Shown piece after piece: positions 61,914 through 64,000 of a stretch of 64,000 nt of DNA. A program made the position numbers and the translations under genes. The stretch is taken from assembly GCA_977018835.1 (NCBI GenBank), contig OZ361258.1, forward strand, positions 248,001-312,000, written 5' to 3'. Positions within the stretch are counted from its first letter, which is position 1, and each line of letters begins with the position of its first letter. The DNA comes from Minutocellus sp. GHC0000111 (lineage: Eukaryota). Below the pieces are notes generated by a model. The model was given only the letters and a program-made list of their open reading frames with translations, did not search any database and was not told the origin of the DNA.

Positions 61914-64000
61914 ATGAGCGACGACGAGATGCCGCACACGGGCATCATCGGCACCAACGCCGGTGGCGAACGAGGGGATCGCCGGTCTCCGTCCCCCCTC
62001 GGCGACGACGAAGACATTGCCGCTCCCAACAACAACAGCGGCACGATCACGGGAGCCAGAGCGGGAGTCCGGCGGCGCGACGACTTGGCGCGGCCGCCCG
62101 TCCGGAGCCTCCGCGCCTCCACGAGCGCGGCGGCCAACTTGCAGCAGTCCGGTTCGGCTGGTGCTGGTACATGTAGGGGCAACGCGCCCGTCGGTTCGAG
62201 CGGCGAATTTCCCATCGGCTTCGACGGCGATTCTGGCGCCAATAGGAGTGGTAGTGGCACTGGTGGTATTATGAGGGGTATAGACGCATCGTCCCGCCAC
62301 CGCAACTCGTCGTGGAGCGACCTGGCCAACCGGGTGGAGCGACGCCGGTCGCGCTCCAACGAGAGCTTCCAGCAGCGCCTTGCCGATCGACTCGATGGGG
62401 ACGGCGATGATGATGAGGAGGGTGATTACATGCATGGCCATGGCACCTCCTCTCCGCATGCGCGCAGAGCGCGGCAGTGCCGCAGAGGATCGCTGGGGAG
62501 CAACGACGACGCGCAGAACTATGCACACCTCAGCTTGGCCCGTCCCCCGGTGCGAAGTCTGCGGACCAACCGCGGAGTTGGATCGCGACGAACCTCCCAC
62601 ACCACCTCCCAGCAGCGACGGGGCAGTGCCAACAGCGGGGAGGGATCGTTGTCGGCGGCGGCGCTGGCGGCCGCCGCGGCCTTTGCCAGGGAGCACAGCA
62701 TCGGCGAGACGGAGCGGAGGAGGAGCGGCACCCGGTTGGGCCTGGGGGGAGTGCTTCGGATTTGCTGGCCGTGACAGTGGGAGGGGAGGACGGGCTGGTT
62801 CCCCCCATGACCATATCGGTGCCGGTGGTGCAGCAGCAGCAGCAGGAGCAGCAGTCGGATGGTAAAGATGGTGCTGCTGAAGGTGAAGATGGTGGGAAGG
62901 GTGAGGAGAACGACGGAGAGGCCAACAATTCGGCAGTGTCCCTCGAAAAGAGCAGCAATCACGACAGCATGCCCTCGGTGGCATCCTCCTCGGCTCGGTC
63001 CACAAGGTCCATGTCTCGCAACAACAGCCAACGCGGTGGAGGAGGGGGTAACCTGGCTCAATCCAACCGCCGGGCGTCGGCTTCCGATACCTCGTCGGCC
63101 GGGGGTGGTGGTCGGTCGTCCCGCAGATCATCATCAGCCAGGCAGGTGGAACGGAGAAGATCCTCGGCCAAGTATGGCATATCCGTGGTGGACGACAAGG
63201 TCAAGGCCGATCTAGATTTACTGGGCAGTGCCGCCAATAGCTATAGCGACGATGACGACAATGACGACGATGATGCCTCGTTGGACGAGCAGGCCCTCGC
63301 CGACGCATCCGATCGGCAGCTCAGCGCGGCCAATACCAATAGCGGCAGCGGCGGACATCACAGCCACGGCCTCAGCCGGCGGGAGGGCACGGCCTCCAAG
63401 CGCGGGAGCTTTGCCCAGGAGGCCCTGTCGTCCCTCGTGGCGGTCTTCCAATCGAGCAAGGGGACGCTGGACGTCGATGGCTCGGCGGGAAGCAGCGACG
63501 ACGAGGGGGGTGGCAACGCCAGCCATGAGGATGCAGGCAGTCAATCGCACGGCAGTGCCGGCGGAGCAAGTCGCGCCGCCAACAGCGTCGATGCCGCTGT
63601 CGATGCGCTCGTGATAACCGACGATGAGGACGAGGACGACGGCGGGGGGCACATGACCTTGCCGGGCCATCATCACCACGACGACGATGCCGTCCCGGCC
63701 CCCATCCGCCTCGATGGGCAGCGGTCCGCCGGTATGCTGGGCTCTGGCAGCAAGAAGTTCTTGCCGGGCGCCAGCGTTCGGAGGCATGGGTCCAAGGCAG
63801 CTGCAGGTGGTGGCGGCGGCGAGGCTTCCGGCAGTCATGCGCTCGGTGCCTACGGAGCCGGTGCCGCCGAGGCGGCCGAGAGTGCCGCCCGAGCCGCGGC
63901 CGAATTTGTCACCGATCAGGATGGCATCATTTCTCCGCGAAAGAGAGGCATGCGCAGCAGTTCTCGGACCGATGAAGGCGATGACGATGACAACGAAGAC
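61914..64000 (+). CDS. Large low-complexity (Gly/Ser/Asp/Ala-rich) protein, 3' partial; frameshift in G-run 62744-62749
   Basis: ATG 61914 (MSDDEMPHTG), ARPPVRSLR twice. Adding one G continues into GSASDLLAVTVGG..., which appears to stay open toward the window end (not traced codon by codon). Confidence 0.6.

Noticed and set aside
1..64000. tRNA, rRNA or other structured RNA genes
   Set aside because: None recognised by eye; tRNAscan-SE or Infernal would be needed to exclude them.

Overview
Eukaryotic nuclear DNA, most likely a diatom or related stramenopile. Support: short GT-AG introns, signal peptides ending in an ASA-F-type plastid motif, a thylakoid-type bestrophin and diatom-style ankyrin-like proteins. 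About 24 protein-coding loci can be read. The standout is a minus-strand nitric oxide synthase (5529-11208) with a cyanobacterial syNOS-like layout (C2-like, pseudoglobin, globin, NOS oxygenase, flavodoxin, FNR-type reductase), plus a spliceosomal intron and an N-terminal MGxCxS acylation motif. Also present: transcription-factor-like genes with unusual domain mixes (Myb plus bZIP basic region; AP2+WW+Myb; WW plus ~7 AP2), six secreted Cys-rich genes built from shuffled modules, a PqiA-like protein, a DEAD-box helicase, a DUF202 protein, an MBD/PHD/chromo-like protein and a cluster of MITE-like elements at 44.9-47.4 kb. About half the genes, including the NOS, carry in-frame stops or frameshifts, so the window is either a decaying haplotype/duplicate or an error-rich assembly. 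All domain calls come from reading motifs by eye; no searches were run.
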